From NCBI GenBank assembly GCA_964514375.1, contig CAZEQH010000002.1:3742-67741 (forward strand): a DNA stretch of 64,000 nt, written 5' to 3'. The DNA is from an uncultured Candidatus Saccharibacteria bacterium. GTDB taxonomy: Bacteria; Patescibacteriota; Minisyncoccia; Minisyncoccales; JANBVM01. Positions within the stretch are counted from its first letter, which is position 1. Each line of letters opens with the position of its first letter. The position numbers and the translations under genes are program-made. The notes under the pieces are model-generated. The model searched no databases. It was given only the letters and a program-made list of their open reading frames with translations, and was not told the DNA's origin. This document shows, piece after piece, positions 56,501 to 64,000 of the stretch.

Positions 56501-57304
56501 TCAGTCAATTTCGTACACGATATTCACGCTGATGGTTATCATATTCTCTCCGCTTTGCACTTGGGGAGCTGCTTCAACCCCTGCACCTCCCATGCCGTAG
56601 GCTGCCTGATCCATCTTGTATAAGGCGGGATAAACTCCGCTCTCACTGAAACTGCTGATTCTTACCAGTTTGACTCCTAATTGAGATGCCAGGACGCTGG
56701 CTTTTGCCTTGGCCTGATCTATCGCTTCCTTGCGAGCTTCATCTTTTGCCTTCTCTTCTTCTTCAGGGTCAAGTGTAAACTGCAGGGCTCCCACCTGATT
56801 GGCTCCCTGGTCGGTAGCGCCTTGAATGATATCCCCTATCTTGGTTAAATCCCTGATTTTTACTTGTAGGGACTGGTCAACCTCGTATCCCACCAGAATC
56901 CTTTGGCCTCCGGGAGGATAACGGCCGTAAATATCCGGCTGGCGATATTCGTACTGCGGGTAAATATTGAAGGCGGTAGTTTTCAAGTCTTTTTCTTCTA
57001 CTCCCTGTCCCTTAATGAAGCTTATAACACCGTTCATCTTGGCGGTGTTATCGGCTAAGGCCTCTGCTACCGTCTTTTTTTCGGTAGTGACCGAAACCGT
57101 AGTGACAGCCAGGTTAGGTTTTACGAAAACTTCCCCGGAAGCCGAAACATTAATGGTGTTTCTGCTTTCTATGTCCTGGCCTATATACCTGCCCTGCCTG
57201 AACTCATTGGCTGTTTTTACCCCGAAGAAAACTATGAGTACCAATAAAAACAGGGTAAAAACTTGAGAAACGGATGATATAAGCTTTTCTTTTTGTTCGT
57301 CCAT
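56501..57304 (-). CDS. SIMPL-domain (DUF541, YggE-like) membrane-anchored protein
   Basis: N-terminal TM, then the two-lobed SIMPL pattern (VSASGEVFVKPNLAVTTVSV ... YEYRQP ... ). Confidence 0.6.
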   Translation of the reverse strand: MDEQKEKLISSVSQVFTLFLLVLIVFFGVKTANEFRQGRYIGQDIESRNTINVSASGEVFVKPNLAVTTVSVTTEKKTVAEALADNTAKMNGVISFIKGQGVEEKDLKTTAFNIYPQYEYRQPDIYGRYPPGGQRILVGYEVDQSLQVKIRDLTKIGDIIQGATDQGANQVGALQFTLDPEEEEKAKDEARKEAIDQAKAKASVLASQLGVKLVRISSFSESGVYPALYKMDQAAYGMGGAGVEAAPQVQSGENMITISVNIVYEID

Positions 57305-57338
57305 ATTTTTTAGAAATTAAATATTGCGGCGACCTTTT

Positions 57339-57947
57339 TTACCACGTAATAAGGAATTCGTGATATTCGTCTTTTTTATGGCTGCATTTGACTTCCTTGC
57401 ATTTCAGATTTTCCACTTTCAGTACCATCTTAGCTATGGAGGCAAAATATCCTTCCATACATCTGCAAAAGATTGGGTGAAGATTGAAATTTTTTATCTT
57501 CATGATTATGTATTTTTTCTCTTCGTTGTATTCTGAGAACTCCAATTCTCCCTCGGTCCAATATGTCCTCCACATTTGCTGAGCTTTTTTCATCACCTCA
57601 GGCAGAGAATATATGTACTTCGAAAAAAGTCTCACTACCAAGGATATCCTAGGATGAAAGTAGCAAACGTTCCTGATTTCTTCGTCGCCGGAATTCAGAA
57701 CTTTCTTGATGGCCAATAATGATACCGCTCTCATACCGCCCGGTATGAAACCCATTTCTTTTATGTTTTTGTATTTCATTGGATACCCCAACCTTTCCCA
57801 CTCCTGTTCGATTTGTTCTAAAACTTCCTTACCCTTAGTTCTTATGATATATTCCCCGTCATGTTTGACATTAAAACCCCTTGTTTCAAAAGAGGAATTT
57901 TCTATTAATGCTTTCGCGATTTTTGGGTTAATTGTTTCTTCTCCCAT
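57339..57947 (-). CDS. uncharacterized paralog family, member 6 of 9 (divergent)
   Basis: Start trimmed to MGEETIN; the longer ORF overlaps member 7. C-terminal LKCKEVKCSHKKDEYHEFLITW; MGFIPG in place of MDFYP. Confidence 0.6.
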   Translation of the reverse strand: MGEETINPKIAKALIENSSFETRGFNVKHDGEYIIRTKGKEVLEQIEQEWERLGYPMKYKNIKEMGFIPGGMRAVSLLAIKKVLNSGDEEIRNVCYFHPRISLVVRLFSKYIYSLPEVMKKAQQMWRTYWTEGELEFSEYNEEKKYIIMKIKNFNLHPIFCRCMEGYFASIAKMVLKVENLKCKEVKCSHKKDEYHEFLITW

Positions 57948-57955
57948 AATTTTAT

Positions 57956-58573
57956 TTACCAGGTTAACACGAATTCGTGGTATTCGTCCCCCTTGAATAC
58001 GCATTTTGTTTCCCGGCAAACTACCGGCTCGCCGGTAATCATTTGGAGTACGCTGGCAAAATATCCTATCAGGTTCTGACACTGTAAAGGATGGAGTTTG
58101 AAGTTTTTAAGATGGACAATTGCTTCCTTTTTTCCCGGTTCAAACTTGGCAATTTCTAAATCTCCTATGGTATAACTTTCTCTCCAGATTTTTGGGGCTT
58201 CCTTGGCTACTCTCTCTGGGGAGAAAAAATATTTCATGAACATTCTTATCAGGAAAGATACCTTGGGTTCGAATCTTCCCATCTCCTGGAATTTTTTATC
58301 ATCATAATGGAACAGTCTTTTTGAACCCGACAGCACCAGAGCCTCCAGCCATACGGGATAAAAATCCATGGTCTTTATTTCTTTTAATTTTACAGGATAG
58401 CCGATATCGTTTATCTGTCTCTCAAGTTCTTTGATTCCTTCCTCTCCTTCTTCCTTAAGGATAAAATCAACCTCTCCCTTGATGGCGATTCCTCTGGCTT
58501 CACCGGAAATATTCTTTAGTCTTTCAAATTCTTCTTTGGAAAAGATTTGCTCTTCCATATTTTTATTCATCAT
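57956..58573 (-). CDS. uncharacterized paralog family, member 7 of 9
   Basis: ARGIAIK, EGEEGIKELE, MDFYPV, C-terminal VCRETKCVFKGDEYHEFVLTW. Confidence 0.7.
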   Translation of the reverse strand: MMNKNMEEQIFSKEEFERLKNISGEARGIAIKGEVDFILKEEGEEGIKELERQINDIGYPVKLKEIKTMDFYPVWLEALVLSGSKRLFHYDDKKFQEMGRFEPKVSFLIRMFMKYFFSPERVAKEAPKIWRESYTIGDLEIAKFEPGKKEAIVHLKNFKLHPLQCQNLIGYFASVLQMITGEPVVCRETKCVFKGDEYHEFVLTW

Positions 58574-59178
58574 TTTTTCCAGTTTACCACGAATTCATGA
58601 TATGAGTCTCCTCGCGACATGCATTTCCTCTCTTCCGAAACAACATCTTTATTGAGAACCATCTTAATAATGCTTATCAGATAGCCTTCTACAGTCAGGC
58701 AGTGGATAGGGTGTAGTTCGAAATCTTCTATCCTGACAACTATGTAGCGTTCCTGCTTATTGATTTCCGTGACACTCAAATGCCCTCTGGTATAATACTT
58801 TCCCCAGAATTTAGGCGCCTCTTTGGCAATAGTCTCCATGGAAACGAAATATTTCATAAACAATCTGACTATCAGTGAAACCTTGGAATTGAACTCTCCC
58901 ATCTTAATGAAATCATCCCTTTTAAAGTGAAACAATTCTTCCATTAAAAGAAAGGTGATGGCCTCCAGCCCCACCGGATAAAAATCCATTTCCTTAAACT
59001 CCTCGTATTTTATGGGAAATCCCAATTCCGAAGCTCTCTCTTCTAATTTTAACAAACCTTCCTTTCCCTCTCTATGGATTATATATTCCAAATCTCCCTT
59101 AATGGAAATTCCTCGTGTTTCACCAGGAATATTCATGAACTCTTCTGCTTTTTCCTTTGTAATTTTTTCAGGTTCCAT
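58570..59178 (-). CDS. uncharacterized paralog family, member 8 of 9
   Basis: TRGISIK, EGKEGLLKLE, MDFYPVG, C-terminal VVSEERKCMSRGDSYHEFVVNWKK. The first Cys of the motif is replaced by Ser. Confidence 0.7.
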   Translation of the reverse strand: MEPEKITKEKAEEFMNIPGETRGISIKGDLEYIIHREGKEGLLKLEERASELGFPIKYEEFKEMDFYPVGLEAITFLLMEELFHFKRDDFIKMGEFNSKVSLIVRLFMKYFVSMETIAKEAPKFWGKYYTRGHLSVTEINKQERYIVVRIEDFELHPIHCLTVEGYLISIIKMVLNKDVVSEERKCMSRGDSYHEFVVNWKK

Positions 59179-59227
59179 CTTTTAACGTATTAAAAAAGAT
59201 TTTGTAACAAAAAAGTTGCCGTAAAGT

Positions 59228-60025
59228 CTAAGAATTAAGGAATTCTAATTGGAATTGCTTCGTTTCTATTCCGGAAAATTTATCCTTTTGAGGATAGTTA
59301 CTGATTTGAGAAAGCCAGTGGCGGTTGGAGAATTCCCACAGCTTTTTAGCCGTCAGGAAAGCTTCAACATACAGTTCCCTTTTCCCTGTCTCATAAAGTT
59401 CACATACTCCTTGGGGCTTTTCCCACTTGTGTCGGCAGCTTTTTTTGTTTTTGCTTATTTTCATTTCTCCGGATTTCACTCTTTTCTCGGCTCCGCATAA
59501 TTTGCAGGATTGAAATTGATCTATCTTCAGTATCCAATAGGTTTTGGCTTTCTTTTTGGCACTTTCATTATAGGCGTTGAAATAAGCTGCTGTCTGTATA
59601 AAATAATCGTCCCATATTTGTCTGCTGGTTTTTAGGTCTAATATCCCCATCTTCCCGTCTACCTCAGCCAAAACATCAAGGGTTCCGCTGTAAGAATGGT
59701 CTTTGCTGAACACTCTTTTTTCTATGCCGTGCAACCTTATCCTGTGAGCCCTGAACCAATTCAGGAAAGCATCGACGGATGGCTTTACATCCGCGGAAGT
59801 TTTCGGAATCCTTCCCATTAATATTGTCTCAATGATATCGTGAACGTCTTTGCCCCACTCCGTAAGTCTTTTTCTTTTCCTCTGCATGGAAGCGAAACTT
59901 TCCTGGTTAGCCAGCCATCTTTCCAGGCCTGGTTTTGCGATTACTTTGCAAATCGAAGTAACCCTGGGATACCATAAACCTTCTACTTCGTAACCGTTTC
60001 TCTTCTTAAAATAATTGGCCGACAT
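59228..60025 (-). CDS. Cas4/RecB-like PD-(D/E)xK nuclease family protein with Cys cluster (no CRISPR array nearby)
   Basis: GTLDVLAEVDGKMGILDLKTS (D..E.K core), QTAAYFNAY (QxxxY), N-terminal Cys plus C-terminal CKLCG ... C ... C. Confidence 0.5.
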   Translation of the reverse strand: MSANYFKKRNGYEVEGLWYPRVTSICKVIAKPGLERWLANQESFASMQRKRKRLTEWGKDVHDIIETILMGRIPKTSADVKPSVDAFLNWFRAHRIRLHGIEKRVFSKDHSYSGTLDVLAEVDGKMGILDLKTSRQIWDDYFIQTAAYFNAYNESAKKKAKTYWILKIDQFQSCKLCGAEKRVKSGEMKISKNKKSCRHKWEKPQGVCELYETGKRELYVEAFLTAKKLWEFSNRHWLSQISNYPQKDKFSGIETKQFQLEFLNS

Positions 60026-60063
60026 ACTGTTATTTTAGCAGAAAATTACCTCTTTGGCGACCC

Positions 60064-61074
60064 TTAATTCTCCACTTTTCCCTTAGCCGCCAGCTGGCCG
60101 CAGGCAGCATCAATGTCCTGGCCGAATCGGAACCTTTCAGTTACCGCTACTCCCTTGTGTTTTAGTATTTCTTTGAACTTCCTTATCTTGGAGGCCGGAG
60201 AGGCTTTAATATCGGGCACAACCGGGTTATATGAAATGAGATTTACAAAATAAAGGGGTTTCTTCATCAGCAAGGTTAATTTCTCAGCACAGTCTTCAGA
60301 ATCATTGAAATCTTTTATCATAATATATTCAAACATAACCCGCCTCTTCGTTTTCTCTATATAAAAATTCACCGCCTCCAATACATTGGAAATGGAGTAT
60401 TTTTTATTAACGGGCACGAGTTGAGTGCGCAGTTCATCTGTGGGGGCATGGAATGATATGGCAAGATTCACCTCCAAAGGGTCTGAGGCCAGTTTCCTGA
60501 TGCCTTCCGTGATGCCGACCGTGGAAATGGAAAATCTTCTCGCTCCCATATTCAAGCCTTCTTCCTCGTGCATAGTCTTCACGGCTTCCATGACGTTTTC
60601 ATAGTTTAGGAAGGGTTCTCCCATTCCCATAAAGACTACGTTGGTTACACTCTGATTGAATTCTTTCAGATATCGTGAAAAAAGCACTACCTGTTCTACT
60701 ATTTCATAAGATGCAAGATTTCTTTTGAAATTCATGCGTCCCGTGGCACAGAACAGGCATCCCAAAGGGCATCCTACCTGAGAGGAAACACAGACCGTAT
60801 TCCGGCCGTCTTTATGTCTCATTAAAACCGATTCTATTTTGAGGCCGTCTTCCAGAGTGATAAGCGCCTTGGCAGTATCCTCTTTCTTAGATTTAAAAAG
60901 GCGATATTTAATATCAAGCGGGCATTGTTCATTTAGTTTTTCCCTCAAAGAAAAAGGGAGGGTGGTGGCATCCTTCCAGTCGCTTATCAAATCATGGAAT
61001 ATCGCTTTTTTTATCTGTTTTAGGCGATATTCAGGTTCTTTTTTTAATATTTTCTCAAGGTTGGCTAAGTTCAC
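60064..61074 (-). CDS. rlmN: 23S rRNA/tRNA adenine-C2 methyltransferase RlmN (radical SAM)
   Basis: CPLGCLFCATG radical-SAM CxxxCxxC motif, C-terminal GQDIDAACGQL. Confidence 0.9.
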   Translation of the reverse strand: MNLANLEKILKKEPEYRLKQIKKAIFHDLISDWKDATTLPFSLREKLNEQCPLDIKYRLFKSKKEDTAKALITLEDGLKIESVLMRHKDGRNTVCVSSQVGCPLGCLFCATGRMNFKRNLASYEIVEQVVLFSRYLKEFNQSVTNVVFMGMGEPFLNYENVMEAVKTMHEEEGLNMGARRFSISTVGITEGIRKLASDPLEVNLAISFHAPTDELRTQLVPVNKKYSISNVLEAVNFYIEKTKRRVMFEYIMIKDFNDSEDCAEKLTLLMKKPLYFVNLISYNPVVPDIKASPASKIRKFKEILKHKGVAVTERFRFGQDIDAACGQLAAKGKVEN

Positions 61075-61086
61075 GTATCTTTCTTT

Positions 61087-61308
61087 CTATTTGATAATTT
61101 CAAAGATTTTATTTGGTTTCTTCGAACCGCGCACCAGGCGTACCTTTGAAGGCAGAATCCCCAGATAAGAAGCAAGAAGTTTTACAACTGCCCTGTTCGC
61201 TTCGCCCCGCACTGCCTTTTCCCTAACTTCTATCCTGTAGCTTTCTTCCGTTTTCCTCGTTACGCTTTCTTTATTTGAATCGGGGAAAACCTTAACCTTT
61301 ATAAGCAT
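61087..61308 (-). CDS. DUF167 (YggU-like) protein
   Basis: MLIKVKVFPDSNKESV ... RGEANRAVVKLLASYLGI: DUF167 pattern. Start trimmed to the internal Met. Confidence 0.6.
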   Translation of the reverse strand: MLIKVKVFPDSNKESVTRKTEESYRIEVREKAVRGEANRAVVKLLASYLGILPSKVRLVRGSKKPNKIFEIIK

Positions 61309-61309
61309 A

Positions 61310-61630
61310 TCAGCGGATAGGAGTGCCTGCGGCCACTTCTTTGTCCGGCTGCAGCAGTACGGGTTTACCGTCTGCATTGGCAGCCAAAAGCATGCCGCGG
61401 CTTTCCAAACCAAAAATGGTTCTCGGCTCCAGATTAGCCGCTACCACAATACTTTTACCTATCAGGTTCTCCGGCTCATAGTACTGAGCTATGCCTGCCA
61501 CAAGCTGCCTTTTCTCATCCCCCACATCTATATCCAATTTCAGCAGCTTATCGGAGCCATCTATTCTTTCTGCTTTAATAACCTTGGCTGTTCTCAGCTC
61601 TAATTTTTGGAAATCTTCAAACTTTATCAT
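61310..61630 (-). CDS. tRNA-binding protein (CsaA/Trbp111-like EMAP domain)
   Basis: LELRTAKVIKAERIDGSDKLLKLDIDVGDEKRQLVAGIAQYYEPENLIGKSIVVAANLEPRTIFGLESRGMLLAA. Confidence 0.8.
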   Translation of the reverse strand: MIKFEDFQKLELRTAKVIKAERIDGSDKLLKLDIDVGDEKRQLVAGIAQYYEPENLIGKSIVVAANLEPRTIFGLESRGMLLAANADGKPVLLQPDKEVAAGTPIR

Positions 61631-61634
61631 GTCT

Positions 61635-62141
61635 CTACAAAGATTTTAATTTTTTAATTATTAATTTAAACCAATAAGCATATTTATCGGGATTATCCTC
61701 CACATCCTTTTCCAGTTCCTGCAGATCCACCCATTTCCACGACTCTACTTCCTCGGGATTGGGAGAAGGCGTGCCGTCGAATTTTCCGACAAATACATGG
61801 TCAAATTCGTTTTCAATCATATTTCCCACCTGCGTCTTATAGATAAAAGTAAATGCTTCTTTCAATTCACAGGCAATTCCCATTTCTTCCTTAAGCCTCC
61901 GCTTGGCTTCTGCAACAATATCGCAGTTGGGTCTGGGATGGGAACAGCAGGTATTAGACCATAGGCCGGGAGAATGATACTTTTCCTTTGCTCTTTTCTG
62001 CAGCAGTACCTGGCCCTTGTGATTGGAAATCAGAACGGAAAAGGAGCGGTGCAGCTTACCTTCCTTATGCACCTGCATCTTTCCTCCCACCCCTATTTGA
62101 TGATTCTGCTCGTCAACAATGATTATTTCCTTTTTTTCCAT
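61635..62141 (-). CDS. idi: isopentenyl-diphosphate delta-isomerase, type 1 (Nudix)
   Basis: LHRSFSVLISNHKGQVLLQKRA ... WSNTCCSHP, with the Nudix glutamates EEMGI. Confidence 0.85.
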   Translation of the reverse strand: MEKKEIIIVDEQNHQIGVGGKMQVHKEGKLHRSFSVLISNHKGQVLLQKRAKEKYHSPGLWSNTCCSHPRPNCDIVAEAKRRLKEEMGIACELKEAFTFIYKTQVGNMIENEFDHVFVGKFDGTPSPNPEEVESWKWVDLQELEKDVEDNPDKYAYWFKLIIKKLKSL

Positions 62142-62152
62142 AATCCGCTCTT

Positions 62153-62761
62153 CTACCAGCTTATTATAAATTCATGACGGCTGTCTCCTTTGTGTATGCA
62201 TTTGGTTTCCCGGCATGAGGTTTCAGTGCCTACCACCATCCTCACCACGCTGGCAAAATAACCTTCCAGGCTGATGCAGTGATCCGGATGTGCTTTGAAG
62301 TCTTCCAATACCATAACGCCTTTTCTGGCTTCCTGATTAATTTCCTGTACTTTGAGATTACCTGCTGTATAATTCTTCTTCCACATAGCGGAAACCTGCT
62401 TGGCGGCTGTTTCCAGGGAAATAAAGTACTGCATAAACACGCGCACCAGCAGGGAAGTTTTGGCCTCAAAAGCCCCCATTTCCCTTATCTTATCGTCATC
62501 GAAATCAAATATCCTGCGAGCCGCTACAATGGTAGCTGTTTCCAGGCCTAAGGGATAAAAGTCCATTTCCCTGATGTCTTTATAGCTGATGGGATGGCCT
62601 GCCTCGGCCATAACTCTTTCCAGTTTTTCCACTCCTTCTACGCCTTTTTCCTTGATGATGAAATTAGCATGGCTTTTAATCGCAATACCCCTGCTCTCCC
62701 CCGGAATCTTCATTATTTCAGTGATTTCATTTTTTAGTTCATCTAAAGTGTTTTGCTGCAT
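62153..62761 (-). CDS. uncharacterized paralog family, member 9 of 9
   Basis: SRGIAIK, KGVEGVEKLE, MDFYPLG, C-terminal SCRETKCIHKGDSRHEFIISW. Confidence 0.7.
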   Translation of the reverse strand: MQQNTLDELKNEITEIMKIPGESRGIAIKSHANFIIKEKGVEGVEKLERVMAEAGHPISYKDIREMDFYPLGLETATIVAARRIFDFDDDKIREMGAFEAKTSLLVRVFMQYFISLETAAKQVSAMWKKNYTAGNLKVQEINQEARKGVMVLEDFKAHPDHCISLEGYFASVVRMVVGTETSCRETKCIHKGDSRHEFIISW

Positions 62762-62765
62762 GCTT

Positions 62766-63371
62766 TTAAGATATTTTTGCTTTGATTAAACAAATAATAC
62801 CATTTAGGTTCTCCGACAACTCTATACTTAATCTATGTTTTTCCATGATAGTTGGCAACCCTCCTCCCTTCAGGTACTGTTTAAAACATTCGTAATTTTG
62901 TCTGCCGGCCAAATACTCTACGGTAGTAAGTATAACCGATAACAGATTTTTAGGCAGAGGAGATATAAAATCAATGAAAATCAATATCCCTTCTTTTTTT
63001 GTTACCCTTTTCATCTCGGCTACCGCCTTGTATCTTTCCTCCCGTTCCATTTCGTGAAGCCCCAGAGAAACGGAAGCAATGTCAAAGAAATTATCAGGAA
63101 AAGGAATATTGGCGGCGTCTGCCTTCACGAAAGAAACGTTTTTAATACTTTCTTTTTCGCCTCTAGTTTCGGCGGTTTCAATCATCTCCATTCTCTTGTC
63201 TATACCCACTGCCTCAGCTCCTGTTTTTCCGTAATAGAAAACTTGGTCTCCCGTTCCGCAGCATACGTCCAGTACTTTTTTCCCCGGACCTGCCCCGGAA
63301 ACCTGAATTACTTCTCTTCTGACGTTCTTCAATAGCGGGTCTACGATGTTCGAATAGATGAGGAAGGGCAT
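62766..63371 (-). CDS. class I SAM-dependent methyltransferase (UbiE/Methyltransf_11-like)
   Basis: VLDVCCGTGDQ glycine-rich SAM motif, DIASVSLGLHE. Confidence 0.75.
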   Translation of the reverse strand: MPFLIYSNIVDPLLKNVRREVIQVSGAGPGKKVLDVCCGTGDQVFYYGKTGAEAVGIDKRMEMIETAETRGEKESIKNVSFVKADAANIPFPDNFFDIASVSLGLHEMEREERYKAVAEMKRVTKKEGILIFIDFISPLPKNLLSVILTTVEYLAGRQNYECFKQYLKGGGLPTIMEKHRLSIELSENLNGIICLIKAKIS

Positions 63372-63376
63372 ATTGC

Positions 63377-63991
63377 TTATCTGCCTTGCTTTTCGTTAAT
63401 CACTATCAGGGCGTGAAAATCCTGATACAGCTTATAACTTCTCGGCAGGTTAGATTCAAATAGGTTTTGTAAAGACAAGTAGGAAAGATTATCAGTAAGA
63501 TTAAGTTTCTTTGCCAATCTTCGCGTGTAAGCGTCTATCACGAAAACAGGTTTGTCCAGGGCATAAAGTATAATACTGTCTGCTGTTTCCCTTCCCAACC
63601 CTTTCAAAGCAGTCAATTCCTTTTTAAGTTCAACCAGCGGTTTTTTCCCAAGTTTTCTTAAACCGCCGCATTCTTCATCGATGAATTTCGCCGTCCTTTT
63701 CAGGTAATCCGTTTTCTGATTATAAAACCCTGATGGCTTTACTAAACGCGACAGTCTGAGTTTATTAATGCCGTTTATCTTAGACAAGGAGCACAGCTTT
63801 TCCTTTTTCAGATTGGCCAAGGCATATTCTACGTTCTTCCAGTTCGTATTCTGCGTGAGTATAGCCCCTACCACCACTTCTTCCCTTTCTGTGAGGGTTT
63901 TGGGCCTTTTACACCACAACTTCCACTGCCCTTCGGGCCTGCCGTATTTTTTTCTCAAATCTTTATAGAGAGCAGATATGCTGTTATCCAT
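63377..63991 (-). CDS. HhH-GPD superfamily DNA glycosylase (EndoIII/MagIII-like, no Fe-S cysteine cluster)
   Basis: LKGLGRETADSIILYAL (HhH, Gly-rich) followed by VFVIDAYTRR (catalytic Asp); no C-terminal CxxC cluster. Confidence 0.65.
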   Translation of the reverse strand: MDNSISALYKDLRKKYGRPEGQWKLWCKRPKTLTEREEVVVGAILTQNTNWKNVEYALANLKKEKLCSLSKINGINKLRLSRLVKPSGFYNQKTDYLKRTAKFIDEECGGLRKLGKKPLVELKKELTALKGLGRETADSIILYALDKPVFVIDAYTRRLAKKLNLTDNLSYLSLQNLFESNLPRSYKLYQDFHALIVINEKQGR

Positions 63992-64000
63992 CTTTATTCC

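Noticed and set aside
57339-58082. Long 247-aa form of paralog 6 overlapping paralog 7 by 127 nt
   Set aside because: The N-terminal 45 aa have no counterpart in the other eight paralogs. The internal Met (MGEETIN) gives a 202-aa protein of family-typical length with no overlap.
1-64000. CRISPR array, integrase, transposase, prophage
   Set aside because: No regularly spaced direct repeats and no recombinase, transposase or phage structural gene motif found on either strand. The only mobile-like signal is the palindromic insertion next to tRNA-Gln.

Overview
This 64-kb window reads as a small-genome bacterial contig. It carries bacterial-specific housekeeping genes (efp, greA, xseA/xseB, dnaX, dnaB, recR, rplU/bL21, and a dcw cluster mraZ-rsmH-ftsL-ftsI, plus mltG, prmC, rlmN). 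It is densely packed with about 85 CDS, most of them on the minus strand. Two tRNAs are present (Gln-TTG and Glu-CTC, both minus). I see no rRNA, CRISPR array, integrase or transposase. Many proteins are short or hypothetical, which fits a reduced, possibly CPR/Patescibacteria-like genome; that placement is inference only. Standard stop codons are in use.

Findings, in order of interest:
(1) An unmistakable TFIIB/TFB-family protein (zinc ribbon, MYRLRK, two cyclin repeats with KRTQxEI...VTxR) sits between a cysteine-synthase-like gene and cysS, in an otherwise bacterial context.
(2) A nine-member, same-strand paralog family of ~200-aa proteins occurs in five loci. All end in the motif C-E-x-x-K-C-x(3,4)-G-D-x-x-H-E-F-x-x-x-W, and I cannot assign them a function.
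(3) Six DnaA-box-like 9-mers cluster in 150 bp immediately upstream of mraZ.
(4) Two leaders can fold into alternative, mutually exclusive hairpins: a Shine-Dalgarno-sequestering hairpin plus an upstream decoy before the cysK-like gene, and an attenuator-like arrangement before two tandem zinc-ribbon minigenes.
(5) tRNA-Gln is preceded by a copy of its own 5' 21 nt, split by a 35-nt GC palindrome.
(6) Three fused or degenerate genes: a dUTPase fused to a dCMP-deaminase-like domain whose active site reads CAV instead of HAE; a MurF-like Mur-ligase remnant with no P-loop at the end of the dcw cluster; and a membrane-anchored ClpC-like ATPase with an atypical D1 Walker A.
(7) A cell-surface cluster of divergent InlB B-repeat proteins plus a type-I membrane protein with a poly-K/R/E tail and a TTG start.

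All calls come from reading the translated ORFs and the raw sequence by eye. No searches were run.
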